DNA of 64,000 nucleotides from the NCBI RefSeq assembly GCF_018350175.1, contig NC_058375.1, positions 13,268,001 to 13,332,000 on the forward strand. The letters are read 5' to 3'. The position numbers were made by a program, and so were the translations under genes. Numbering within the stretch: position 1 is the first letter of the stretch; each line of letters opens with the position of its first letter. The notes under the pieces are model-generated. The model made no database searches. It saw nothing but the letters and a program-made list of their open reading frames with translations, and was not told the DNA's origin. Positions 12,439-23,035 of this stretch are shown one piece after another. The DNA is from Felis catus. Lineage: Eukaryota.

Positions 12439-14881
12439 ATGACAATACCAGCCACACAGGATGGCAGAATCAGAAGTGTTGGTCACAGACTGTGCCTGTA
12501 ACACCCATGACAACTATTTGTTGAGGTCATGTGGGTAAAAGGCTTGACGGAAGGTGCTGGAAGGGTGAGCTGGCACTTGAGGCTCAGCAGGTGGTATTCA
12601 CTACGGTGGGTCCACCAGGGTCCCTGTGTGGCCTCGCCTTTGCTGTCTCAGATTCCTGACGGGGGTGGTGTCCCCAGTCCCGTAATGTGCCGGGATCACC
12701 CTCCACGGAGCCGAACAGGGGCCCAGGGGGCGGCGGGGCCCTTGGGCGTATTCAATATTTTACTGCCTGGGAAGGTGCGGCAGCGCCCTAGCGGAGTGGG
12801 GCGAGGTTGGCAGACCCTTGCAGTGCTCAGCATTAACTTCTAGTTCATAAACGGCAGAGAGGACAGAGGGGGTCCTGGGGGGGGGGGTGGCAGGCTGGTG
12901 GGGCTGGGGAAGTTCCTGTTCCCCGATGAGATTGGAAATATTTCAGCATTGAACAACCAGCGTGGACGTGGTGACGCACAGCGGCTGAGGGCACAGCGTG
13001 GGGACCCTGAGCGTGACGGAGCCCATCGGAGGTCAAGGAGAGTTTGTCAAGGAAAGGCCCCCGGGGTAAGCGTAAGGAACAACCACCGGACCACCAGATT
13101 CTTACTGCGCACCCTCGGGAAGAGTGGGAATTTGTCCTGGGCCTCCTCGTCCACAGCCCAGGCTCGGTCAGATGCCCCGTGTTCTAGCCCCCGCTAGACA
13201 GACGAGCCCTCGTTAGGCCTTGGCCTCCTCACCAGTCAGACCAGGATCTTTTTATCGCTGACACTTCTGGACTCAAAAGTCTACCCTCTCCCTCACGTGC
13301 GTGTGCAGGTGCATTTGCATGCATGCACCTGCGGGCGTGTGCCTGCGCGGGGGTGCGTGTGGAAAGGGCCACACCCCTCCCCGTCTCCCGAGGTGCCCGC
13401 ACCCACCTCCTCCCAGCCTGGGGCTCCCCCTCAGGGCCTCACCTACCGCACCCCTCCCTGGAGTCAGCCTCCACCTCGGAAAACACAGACCAGGGGAGGC
13501 GCCGGCAGCACGGAAGTCAAAGCCAGTCGCTGGAAGATGGGCCTGTTTATTTGCATGGCACGCGTTTATCTCTGACTGTTCCACCCCCCCCCCCCGAGCG
13601 AACCCCAGAGTTGTCAACTGGTCCTGCCGTCGCGAGAGGCCAGATTGGCGGTGCGCACATTCACAGAAGCCCAATATAGACTTCCAATTATCTTTTAATT
13701 TCCCTCCTGTCTTCATTTGTTCCTTTCACTTTTCTCCAAACAGACTCGGTGCGGGGAGGGGAGTGAGAGCTGTAACTGATGGAGTTTGAAGCCAGCTCGC
13801 GGGAGCGTGGTGTTCGCCCGCAGGGTGCGATGAGACCTCAGGACAAAGCGGACGGCTCTCTCCCCACCGCCCTGCAGGGCCTCTTAGAGGCCCCAAGCCC
13901 TTGTTCTTCTGTCTTCCGGCCTTCTGACTCTCTGCAAGAACTATATCCTCTTATTGTCTGTCGACCTGCAGCTGAGGCCCTGCTGAGCGGAGGGTGAACC
14001 CCTAGAGGCGGCAAAGGACTCCTGGAGGCACCTTTTGCATGCAAACGAACCGGTCCAGGACTCAGCCACAACACCTCCTTTATCAGACTCTCGCCAGGCC
14101 CGGCTCGGTGCACCGGGGCCATACTCCCCTGTCCCGATTACCCCAGGGCCAGGTATGAGGCAAATAAAGACGGCCCGCGGCCCCCTGACATTATTCACAC
14201 TGTCTCGTCCACTCCTTCCCTTGAAAACCACAGTGACGCTCCTATTCTGTCCTCTTGCTCCGCCTGCCTCCTTGCTGAGCCTGGTGCCTCCCCACGTGGC
14301 CCTGCATGGTGTGGGCTGGGGGACCCTCTTGGGGACCGTGAGGAGCAAGTGTCTTTTCTGTGGCACGTGTCTCCCAGAATGGACAGCAGGAAGCCTCGTT
14401 GCCTGCACCGTCTCACTGCTGCCCTCAAACAGGGGAAAGTCGCAGGAAATGCCACGCCAGGAGTCAAATCAGCACACACGGCCTGCACCCGCCCGACACC
14501 CCAGCCTGCAAGTCTCTGTGCACCATCACGGCTGTCGTAACCCTGTACCCTCAGACCCGCTACTTCTCTCCCCTCGGCCTTCCCTGTTCTGGCCACCTCC
14601 AGGCTCTTGGCCATCCTGGTGCGCTCTCCCACGGAAATGCTGGCGACGAGCACTGTCACACCCCACTCTCTCCCTGTTCAGCATCTTCTTCCCGAGCCAG
14701 CAGTCCGCCAAGGTCCCCCGGGGCCAAGGGCGTCTCTGTAACCTAGGTCACTGCACCAGCTCGAAGCCTGGTACACGGTGAGCACCTGGTGAATATTTGA
14801 ACCATCAGTCAGTCTACACCCGCCCCCCCCCCCCCCGCCTCCTTTATCAATACTCAAGGCTAGACACCTTTTTCTGGAATA

Positions 14882-15090
14882 TTTTTTTTTTTTAATGTGT
14901 ATTTATTTTTGAGAGAGAGAGAGACAGCAGGGGAGGGGCAGAGAGAGAGAGGGAGACACAGAATCTGAAGCAGGCTCCAGGCTCCGAGCGGTCAGCACAG
15001 AGCCCGACGCGGGGCTTGAACCCACAAACTGCAGGATCATGACCTGAGCCGAAGTAGGACGCTTAACCAGCTGAGCCACCCAGGCGCCCC
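14882..15090 (-). mobile_element. Can-SINE
   Basis: TSD tctggaata at 14873-14881 and 15091-15099. Confidence 0.95.
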
Positions 15091-15999
15091 TCTGGAATAC
15101 TCTTTGGACCTCTATTCTGATGCCCCTGGCTCCAGCCTCCCTGGCTGTCCCCTGGCCCATTGTACTTTGTCAATGAGTCGCCTCATTAATTTTCCTCCAT
15201 GATATGCTGTGGCTCAATCATACCTCAGGCACACATTCCATCTCACAGGTAAGGATGTAAGTCCTCTCAGGGTGGGGGACTGTGTCTCCGCTCCCCAGCT
15301 ATCCTCCTGCCACGCTAGAGGACTGCTTTGACCACCCCCAGTGCCCAGGAGCAAGTTTCCAAAGGGAGAGAGTGGTTGTCTGACTCCAAGGGTTTAAGCT
15401 GAAGCCACACAGAGAGTGCTCCCGTGTGGTGGAGACTTTATCGGGTGGGAGGCAGCATACCAAAGGGGCTGACACCCAGCTCACTCAGTGGCATCTGAGA
15501 GGACAATGCCAGGTCACAGTATTGTCACCAAAGGGGCAGGCCATCAGTGGTCCCTTCTCCAACGGGAGGAGAGCCCCAAGGCTGCCCCTGCTACTGAAAT
15601 GGCAGCTGGGCCAGCAGGGGACCTCCAAAGTCCTGGATTCACCGCCGGACAAATCACTTTTATTACCCTTTATACCTGGTCCTTCCCTTCCCAGAGGGAA
15701 GACGAATGAACCGTGCAGCTAGACAGACCCAGTTTTAACTCAAGACTCTGCCGCTCGCAATCTACGTGACATGGGCACATCCCTCTGAGGCTCAGTTTCC
15801 TCACCTGTAGAACGAGGGTGATGATTGCACTTTCCCGTCCAGATTCCCCGGGGAGACGAAATGGTTTTGCTTGTGCCGAGCACCCAGGGCCCGAGCACCC
15901 CGTGTTCTGTTACTCACCCTGGTGAAACAAGTGGCTCACGCAAAGAAGAATTCTCTGCAGCCAAGCGGCAAAGCTGAGTGACTTTCCATTCCTAGCCCC

Positions 16000-16390
16000 G
16001 CGGAGGCCTCCTGAGATGATTGCCAAAACTGGGGACTTCCTAGGAGGTCCCCCAAACCTGCCAAATCAGAAAGTCTGGGGAGTATAGCTTGGAAATGTGC
16101 ATTTCTGAATTTTTTTGAGGCTTATTTATTTTTGAGAGACAGAGAGAGAGAGAGAGAGCGTGAGCACGGGAGGGGCAGAGAGAGAGAGACACACAGAATC
16201 CGAAGCAGGCTCCAGGCTCTGAGCTGTCAGCACAGAACCCCATGTGGGGCTCGAACTTGGAATGGCAAGATTGTGACCTGAACCGAAGTCAGACACTGAA
16301 CTGACTGAGCCACCCAGGCGCCCCCAGAAAAGTGCATTCCCGACGAGCTCCCCAGTGGCTCCCATGCCTGTGACGTTCAGAATCACTATT
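16000..16390. mobile_element. MER5A-like hAT-Charlie remnant, interrupted by a SINE
   Basis: cccaaacctgccaaatcagaaagtctgggg..gaaatgtgcatt and gagctcccag..cagaatcact resemble MER5A. Confidence 0.55.
16106..16325 (-). mobile_element. Can-SINE
   Basis: TSD gaaaWgtgcatt. Confidence 0.93.
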
Positions 16391-16960
16391 TTGACCGCGA
16401 GGGAGAGAAAGCGGGTCCCTGCTGCTGGTCACCGGTGGAACCGCCCGCGGAGCCTGACTCGTGGGGAACCACACCTGGTGGGTGAACTCAGGTAGGTAAA
16501 ACTCTGGACTCTGGAAACAGGGATACAAGCCAATTGACCTGATTTACAAGCCAATTGACCTGATCTTAGAGCTGCCATAAAATGGGGGTGGGTGGGGCAG
16601 GGGACAAGTGCATCTCTCCCAAACGGTGTGGGCATCGGAGGAGACTCTTCCGGACTGCCCACCTCCATTCTCTCTGTGGCATGCTGGCAGGTGTCCACGA
16701 CTGTGCCCGGCCCATACGGATCAGCGGAACAGGGTGCACTTTGACCCAAGGCCTGTGTGATAAAGGCCAAAGGAGACACGCAGAAGAACAAGAGACCTAA
16801 AGAAAGGAAAGACGACCTCAGAGCAAGGCATGTGAGGCACGGCCTTGGACCCGACTCCGAAGGGCTGGAGGGGTGAGGACCCACGAGGATGAAGGAGGCC
16901 GTCCTGAGCCCCAGCCAGGCGCCTGGCGCTTGAGGCAGCAGACAGATGAGCTTGAAGGGT

Positions 16961-17165
16961 AAGTTTATTTACTTATTTTGAGGGAGACTGAGACAGCACA
17001 AGTGGGGCAGGAGGGAGAGCGATGGAGAGAAAGAGGATCTCAAGCAGGCTCCGCACCGTCAGCATGGAGCCCGGCTCAGGGCTCGAACTCCCAAAACTGT
17101 GAGATCACGACCCGAGCTGAAACCAAGAGCCGGACGCTTAACGGACTGAGCCGCCCAGGCGCCCC
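16961..17165 (-). mobile_element. Can-SINE ~750 bp upstream of the KLHDC7A ATG
   Basis: Reverse-complement body ending ctgagccgcccaggcgcccc. Confidence 0.93.
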
Positions 17166-17907
17166 TTTTCTCATCTGTTAAACTGGGACCCACAGCACTG
17201 GTGAGGACCTCGGCCCCTCACCTGTTCTCAAGCGCAAGGATGTGCCCTTGATCGTTAGATCGAGGTTACTTGCCTCGATCTGCCTCGATCTAACTAACAC
17301 CCTGTACCTTCCCCATCTGCTCTCAGGAAGGCCCAGACGGAGGGCGGAGGCATTCAAAGCCAGATCAGGTGGCTTGGCCGCAGTCCCCGGCCCAGCCTTC
17401 TCTGCTGCTAACTGCGGGCCTCCCCGCGGGGACAAGCAGACCCCAACGGGAAGGAAACCAACAGGGAGGATCTCGTGCCACAGCTGCCGTGGCCCCACCT
17501 GTCTCACAACCCACCACACCCAACACTCCTAGCCCTACATACAATAACCAACCCCGGGCGCTTCCGGGCATCAGGTGACTGTTTGGTCAAGAGCTTCCTC
17601 CCTATTTGTGTGCCTGCTGGACACTCCTAACATCCTCCAGCTGCTGCTGGCTCGGGTGGCCGATCACAAGCTCAGGCCCCGGGGCACAACCCCCACCCCC
17701 GCCCCCAGGGAAAGCGTCGAAGGATCCGCCAGCCCCGAGCCCCAGTGGCCACCCGCTGCCCGCTCAAGGTTACCTTGCTCCAACTCCTCCAGTGGCCGGC
17801 CGGAGCCAGCCCAGAGCCCCCTCCGGGTCAGCCCAGCTCCCGCAGGAACCAGGACAATCATTAATCGGATTCTTGACATTCTTTGGCCCCAGGTCGGCTT
17901 GGGAAGC

Positions 17908-20280
17908 ATGCTCCCCGGAAGAGGAGGAGCAGAGTCCCAGGACTGGCATTTGGACATGCAGCTGGCAGGCAAGGTGGTGCTGTCGGCCGCCGCGCTGCTC
18001 CTGGTGACCGCAGCCTACAGGCTGTACAGGTTGAGGCCCGCCCGGGCCCCGCTGGGGGACAGGAACTCCAAGGCCGAGGAGAAGGCCGAGGGCTCCGGGC
18101 AGCCGGCGGACCCGGGGGCTGTTCCTGGGGCACCGCACCGGGCTCTGAGACACCGGAGGGGAAGCAAGGGGGCCGGAGCGCCGCTGGGCTGTGGCCAGGA
18201 AAGTCAGGGGGGGTCCCGAGTCCCGGCAACAGGACGCTCTCCCGAAGACGCAGAAGCCCAAGAGGCTCAGGAGCGCGAGAAGAAGGGCGCTGGTGTGGAA
18301 GCGGGTGGGCAGGGCCTTGTCTCTGAGCTGGCACCTCCTCGCTGCAGTGGCCGGGAAGCCGGAACAGCTGTTGGCGGTAAGCCCGAGCCGCCCCACCACC
18401 CCACTGTGGGCGATGAATTCCAAAGCTCCCCACTTGGCCTCGCTGCGGCAGAGGGGAGCAGGGTGGGCAGGGCGCCCACTCCGTGGCGGGACGGCGGATC
18501 CCCGGGACAGCCAGGGCTCGGGGAGCAGGAGTCCCCCGCCACGAGCCTGATGGCCCACACGGAAGGCGAGAGTGACACGAACAGGAGCTGGGTCTTTCCT
18601 CGCAACAGGGGGGTCCACGGGGAAGAGGCCGGGGCCCTCCAGGCGGCCGTGGACATGGGCCTGACCCTGCACCAGCGGGAGGGAGCCGCCAGTGCCTCCT
18701 ATACCTACTCGTCTGTGTCCCGGGTTCGCGTGGAGGAGAGCTTCATTCCTGAGAAGGTGGAGGGGATGGGGCCCAGGCTGAAGGGCAAGGTGTACGATTA
18801 CTATGTCGAGTCCACTTCCTGGGCCACCTCCAAGGGCCGGCTGGCCCCCAGGACAGCCGCCCCGGCTGAGGCTCCACTCCCCGTGCCCCTGCCAGGCGCC
18901 CCGGGAACAGAGGCCGCTTCAGGAGGCCGGGAAGGTGGAGCCGAAACGCCCACCTCCTCCCAGCCGGGGCCGTCGCCCCCCACGCAAGGCTTCGGCAGGA
19001 AGGAGAGCCTCGTCCGGATCATGGAGAACCCGGAGCTCCAGCTCCAGCTCGAGGGCTTTGGGGCCCCCGCTCCGTCCTGCCCAGACCAGAGCGCCCCGCC
19101 TGGCCACCCCCTTCCCCAGGCTTCTCTTGGGTCCAGCTCGGCCGGAAGCAGCCGGGAGGCCCACGTGCAGCTCGTGGCGGGGACCAACTTCTTCCACCTC
19201 CCGCTGGCCCCTGGCTCAGCGCCAGACGTGCACCTGGATCTGGGCAACTGCTACCAGGTGCTCACCTTGGCCAAGAAGCAGAAGCTGGAGGCGCTGAAGG
19301 AAGCGGCCTACAAGGTGATGAGCGACAACTACCTCCAGGTCCTGCGCAGCCCGGACATCTACGGCTGCCTGAGCGGGACGGAGCGGGAGCTGATCCTCCG
19401 GCGCCGCCTGCGGGGCCGCGAGCGCCTGGTGGTGGCGGACGTGTGCCCCCAGGAGGGCTCCGGCCGTCTCTGCTGCTACGACGAGGCGCAGGACGCCTGG
19501 CACCCGCTGGCCCGCCTGCCCCCCGAGGCGGTGTCCCGAGGCTGTGCCCTCTGCAGCCTCTTCAATTACCTCTTCGTGGCGTCCGGTTGCCGGGGGCCCG
19601 GGCACGAGCCCTCCAACCGCGTCTTCTGCTACAACCCGCTGACCGGCATCTGGAGCGAGGTGTGCCCGCTGAACCAGGCCCGGCCGCACTGCCGGCTGGT
19701 GGCCCTGGACGGCCACCTGTACGCCATCGGCGGCGAGTGCCTGAACACGGTGGAACGCTATGACCCGCGCCTGGACCGCTGGACCTTTGCGCCGCCGCTC
19801 CCCAGCGACTCCTTCGCCCTGGCGCACACGGCCACGGCGTGTGCGGGCGACGTCTACGTCACGGGCGGCACCCTGCGCTACCTGCTGCTCCGCTTCTCGG
19901 CCCGGGAGCAGCGCTGGCGGGCCGGCCCCACGGGGGGCGGCAAGGACCGCACGGCCGAGATGGTGGCCGTCAACGGCTTCCTCTACCGTTTTGATCTCGA
20001 CCGCCGCCTGGGCATCAGCGTCCACCGCTGCAGCGCCAGCGCCCGCCTCTGGTACGAGTGCGCCACCTACCGCACCCCGTACCCGGACGCCTTCCAGTGC
20101 GCCCCGGTGGGCGACCTCATCTACTGCGTGGGGCGCTGGCGCTCGCTCTGCTTCCTGGCCGACCACATCTCGCCCAGGTTTGTGCCCAAGGAGCCACGGA
20201 GCTTCCCCTCCCCGCGGGGCACCCTCCTGCCCGCCGTCCTGACCCTGCCCGTCCCCGACGCGCCTCAGACCAGGGTCTAG
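17908..20280 (+). CDS. KLHDC7A: Kelch domain-containing protein 7A, single coding exon, 790 aa
   Basis: First ATG of the 901-aa ORF-track frame is at 17908 (ggaagcATGc, A at -3). Protein begins MLPGRGGAESQDWHLDMQLAGKVVLSAAALLLVT, contains Kelch repeats (YLFVASG, LYAIGG, VYVTGG, W..../YDP...W spacing) and ends PQTRV; this matches my recollection of mammalian KLHDC7A. Strong GC3 bias in the 3' half. Confidence 0.96.
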   Translation: MLPGRGGAESQDWHLDMQLAGKVVLSAAALLLVTAAYRLYRLRPARAPLGDRNSKAEEKAEGSGQPADPGAVPGAPHRALRHRRGSKGAGAPLGCGQESQGGSRVPATGRSPEDAEAQEAQEREKKGAGVEAGGQGLVSELAPPRCSGREAGTAVGGKPEPPHHPTVGDEFQSSPLGLAAAEGSRVGRAPTPWRDGGSPGQPGLGEQESPATSLMAHTEGESDTNRSWVFPRNRGVHGEEAGALQAAVDMGLTLHQREGAASASYTYSSVSRVRVEESFIPEKVEGMGPRLKGKVYDYYVESTSWATSKGRLAPRTAAPAEAPLPVPLPGAPGTEAASGGREGGAETPTSSQPGPSPPTQGFGRKESLVRIMENPELQLQLEGFGAPAPSCPDQSAPPGHPLPQASLGSSSAGSSREAHVQLVAGTNFFHLPLAPGSAPDVHLDLGNCYQVLTLAKKQKLEALKEAAYKVMSDNYLQVLRSPDIYGCLSGTERELILRRRLRGRERLVVADVCPQEGSGRLCCYDEAQDAWHPLARLPPEAVSRGCALCSLFNYLFVASGCRGPGHEPSNRVFCYNPLTGIWSEVCPLNQARPHCRLVALDGHLYAIGGECLNTVERYDPRLDRWTFAPPLPSDSFALAHTATACAGDVYVTGGTLRYLLLRFSAREQRWRAGPTGGGKDRTAEMVAVNGFLYRFDLDRRLGISVHRCSASARLWYECATYRTPYPDAFQCAPVGDLIYCVGRWRSLCFLADHISPRFVPKEPRSFPSPRGTLLPAVLTLPVPDAPQTRV

Positions 20281-20290
20281 CTACCCACCC
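19230..20290. promoter_or_regulatory. Intragenic CpG island over the BACK-like/Kelch-coding half of KLHDC7A
   Basis: Visibly very high GC and CpG density compared with flanking sequence (not computed). Confidence 0.7.
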
Positions 20291-22795
20291 CCCCACCCCC
20301 ACTCCCGCTGGACATCTGCTGCCAAACTGGGAAGCAAAAAGCACCCCTGCCCGCCACTCCATGAGCCATCTCTGGGCGAGCAGGCAGCTCGGGAATTCCA
20401 CCCGCGCCAGGTGAATGCTAACCCTACCCCCTCCGCTGGCCGGGGCCTCGGATGCGTCTTTGCTGTCCGCGGGGTGCGCAGGTGCCGTGTGAAATAGAAC
20501 CAGGGCCCGGCGTTGCTGAGGGCAGCACCGTGTGCGGGGATGAGCGTCACCTTGCTTCAAATCTGAATTCTTGGGGGAAGGGGTATCAGGACCCCGCCAA
20601 AGTCCAGGGGCACAGCCTTACTGCAACCACAGTTCAGGTGCTAGAGGACCCCCATAGGGTGGAGGTGGGCCAGCCCTCCATAAGCCACTAGGCTCCCCTC
20701 CTAAACACAGCCCCTACCTCTAGGGTTCCCAGAAGCACCTGGAACGCTCAAGGAAGGTGTTTCTGGCTGTGCCGGGAGCCCCGGGGAGCCCCAAGGGGTC
20801 CAGCCAGAGGAGAGGTGGTTGGAGAAGTACCACAGCTGTATAGTTGGAGCTGACCGTGAACTCTTGCCCGCAAAGCAAATTGACCACTGCCCACTTCTCA
20901 TTACCTAGGATTCTGGTATACTCGAAGGAGGAGAAACCTCCAGTTAGCAGCCACTTGAAAACCTACACCTTGTACTGGTCTGCTAAGAACACCAGTGATT
21001 GCCACATATGGGGTCTCAGAAGAGGGAGGAGAAGATGTGATCTGAGGGCCACCGTCCTCCTGGGCCCCTGCTTCGGCCCGTCACTGGCTGGCCGCTGACT
21101 CCCTCCCCAGATCTCAGAGCCTGCACAAGACTTCATCCAATCAACACAGCCCTGACATTGGGGGGGGGTGGTGGGGGGAGAAGTCACTCCCAGGCACCCC
21201 CGCAGGGCTGGGGAGGGACAATGGCACAATTTGCTCTCCCTGTGCCATGTGATCACCTGGTGTGCCCGGTTAGATAGGAGACTCGGGAGGGGCCGGTCCA
21301 TGATGGAGCTGAGGAACCAGAAAATGCTAGTGGGCCATCAGGACACTGGGATCTCCTCCCACATCAGGGGTGGTAAATTCGCAAAGAGCAGAGACCCTCC
21401 AACCTCAGGAAGTTGCCCGTTCTTCCTGGAGGGAAGAGAGAGAGACTGGTCCAATCTATTGCCACAGCCCTGTTCCCTGGATGAGGATGATGCATGCACA
21501 GACAGAGGCGGGTGATGCTCTCTGTGCCATCCGGGAGCCAGGGCAGCTGGGACCACTTCTAAAGTGACAAGCAGCCTGGAGGAAAGAGGTAGAGATGGGG
21601 TGCCCCAGGGCAGGCCTGACAAGCAGGGAGCTAAGAATGCTTTGGACTTCAGTGTTCCTACCCTGAAAATAGGAAGGACCAGCCATGGCCTTCTCTGGCC
21701 AGAGAAACGAGAACACTTACAGAAAGTTCTCCCCAAGGCCCCCTGGGGGTCTGGGCAGCAGCTTGTGTTCACTGCAGCTGCTGGGCTAAGCTGGGGTCTT
21801 CCTGGAAAATGCAGGGTTAGAGCAAGGAGTAACAGGGAGGTTGCATGGAGATGAGAACTTTTATTGGACCGCTGCTCCCCGTTCCAGGGCCTGGAAGGCG
21901 AGGCTGCCTGGTATTTATTCCTAAGTTGGAGGTGGGGAAAGGAAAGTGAGTCGGGGCTATGGCTGGAGCCTGGTGACCCCCCCACCCCCCCGCCGAGGCC
22001 TTGCTCAAGCTCAGAGCTGACACTCAGGCATGAGCCTCCAAGAGACCCTTGGTGGGGAAGCAGGGGTAAACTCAGCAACACGACTACTGACAGCAGCATT
22101 GGCATCACGATGCCAGGCTGTGGTTTCCTTGGGAGGTGGACGGGCTCTGGCAGCTGAGGGCGGGTGGAACCAGATCCAGCCCCCAAGGGCAGGCTTCCAG
22201 CGAGGAGCCAGCTGATGACTAGACCACAACCAAGCAGGGGGACTGTTGGGGGAGGCTTCAAGCTGAGGGGGAGCTCAGGATCCCTCCGGAACCCTTTCAG
22301 AGCCCCACTGCACACACATGGCTGGGACTAGGGAGTCCCATCCAGAGACAGGGCAGGAGAGTTTGTTCCAGGCCCAGGGATAGTGGGTGTGGTCTTCATG
22401 ATGAGTGCAGCGCTGAGATCCCATCTGCCTCCCGGTGGTCCCTTGCAGACATCACTAATCGACTGCCTTATCTTTTCCCACTGAGCCTCAGAACCGGTTC
22501 AACCCAGGGCCCTCAGCCGTCATCGCTGATAGACTAGAGCTGGTGTGTTCCTCGTGGCTGGCCTGGGCTCCAGAACCGGCTTTAGGGAAGTGAGTGGTCA
22601 GGGCCATTATGGGAGACAAGGTAGTTCAGGTAGACCACAAAGACCACCTGGGGCCATGGCAGTCAGGATTCACCAACAGAACGTTCAGGCTGCGCACTGC
22701 TCCAGGCACTGTGCTGGGGATGCAGCAGGTCCCTGCCCTAACTAAGCCTGCTTTCTGGTGAAGGAAAACAGGCCGTTTTTAAAAATAAATGTGTA

Positions 22796-22921
22796 GGGGC
22801 GCTTGTGTGGCTCAGTCGGTTAAGCACCCGGCTCTTGGTTTTGGCTCAGGTCATGATCTCGAGGTTCATGGGTTTGAGCCTGGCACTGGGTTCTGTGCTG
22901 ACATTGCAGAGCCTGCTTAGG

Positions 22922-22959
<38 letters not shown>

Positions 22960-23035
22960 CCTCTTTCTCTGCCCCTCCCCCCTCTTTCGCAAAATAAGTA
23001 AACTTAAAAAATAAAAAAATAAATTTGAAAAAAAT
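22796..23035 (+). mobile_element. Can-SINE inside the putative KLHDC7A 3'UTR
   Basis: Head ggggcgcttgtgtggctcagtcggtt, long (CT)n, A tail. Confidence 0.93.

Noticed and set aside
17575-17907. ORF-track start giving a 901-aa protein
   Set aside because: Starts at GTG in weak context; recognisable homology begins at ATG 17908. Kept only as a low-interest finding.
19216-20166. 316-aa antisense ORF (and the 300-aa antisense ORF 17770-18672)
   Set aside because: Shadow ORFs produced by the GC3-biased codon usage of KLHDC7A; no recognisable domain.
21338-22315. 325-aa minus-strand ORF in the 3'UTR; also 14035-14781 (248 aa) and 27311-28069 (252 aa)
   Set aside because: Non-ATG starts, low-complexity P/S/L/G composition and no domain signal; expected by chance in GC-rich DNA.
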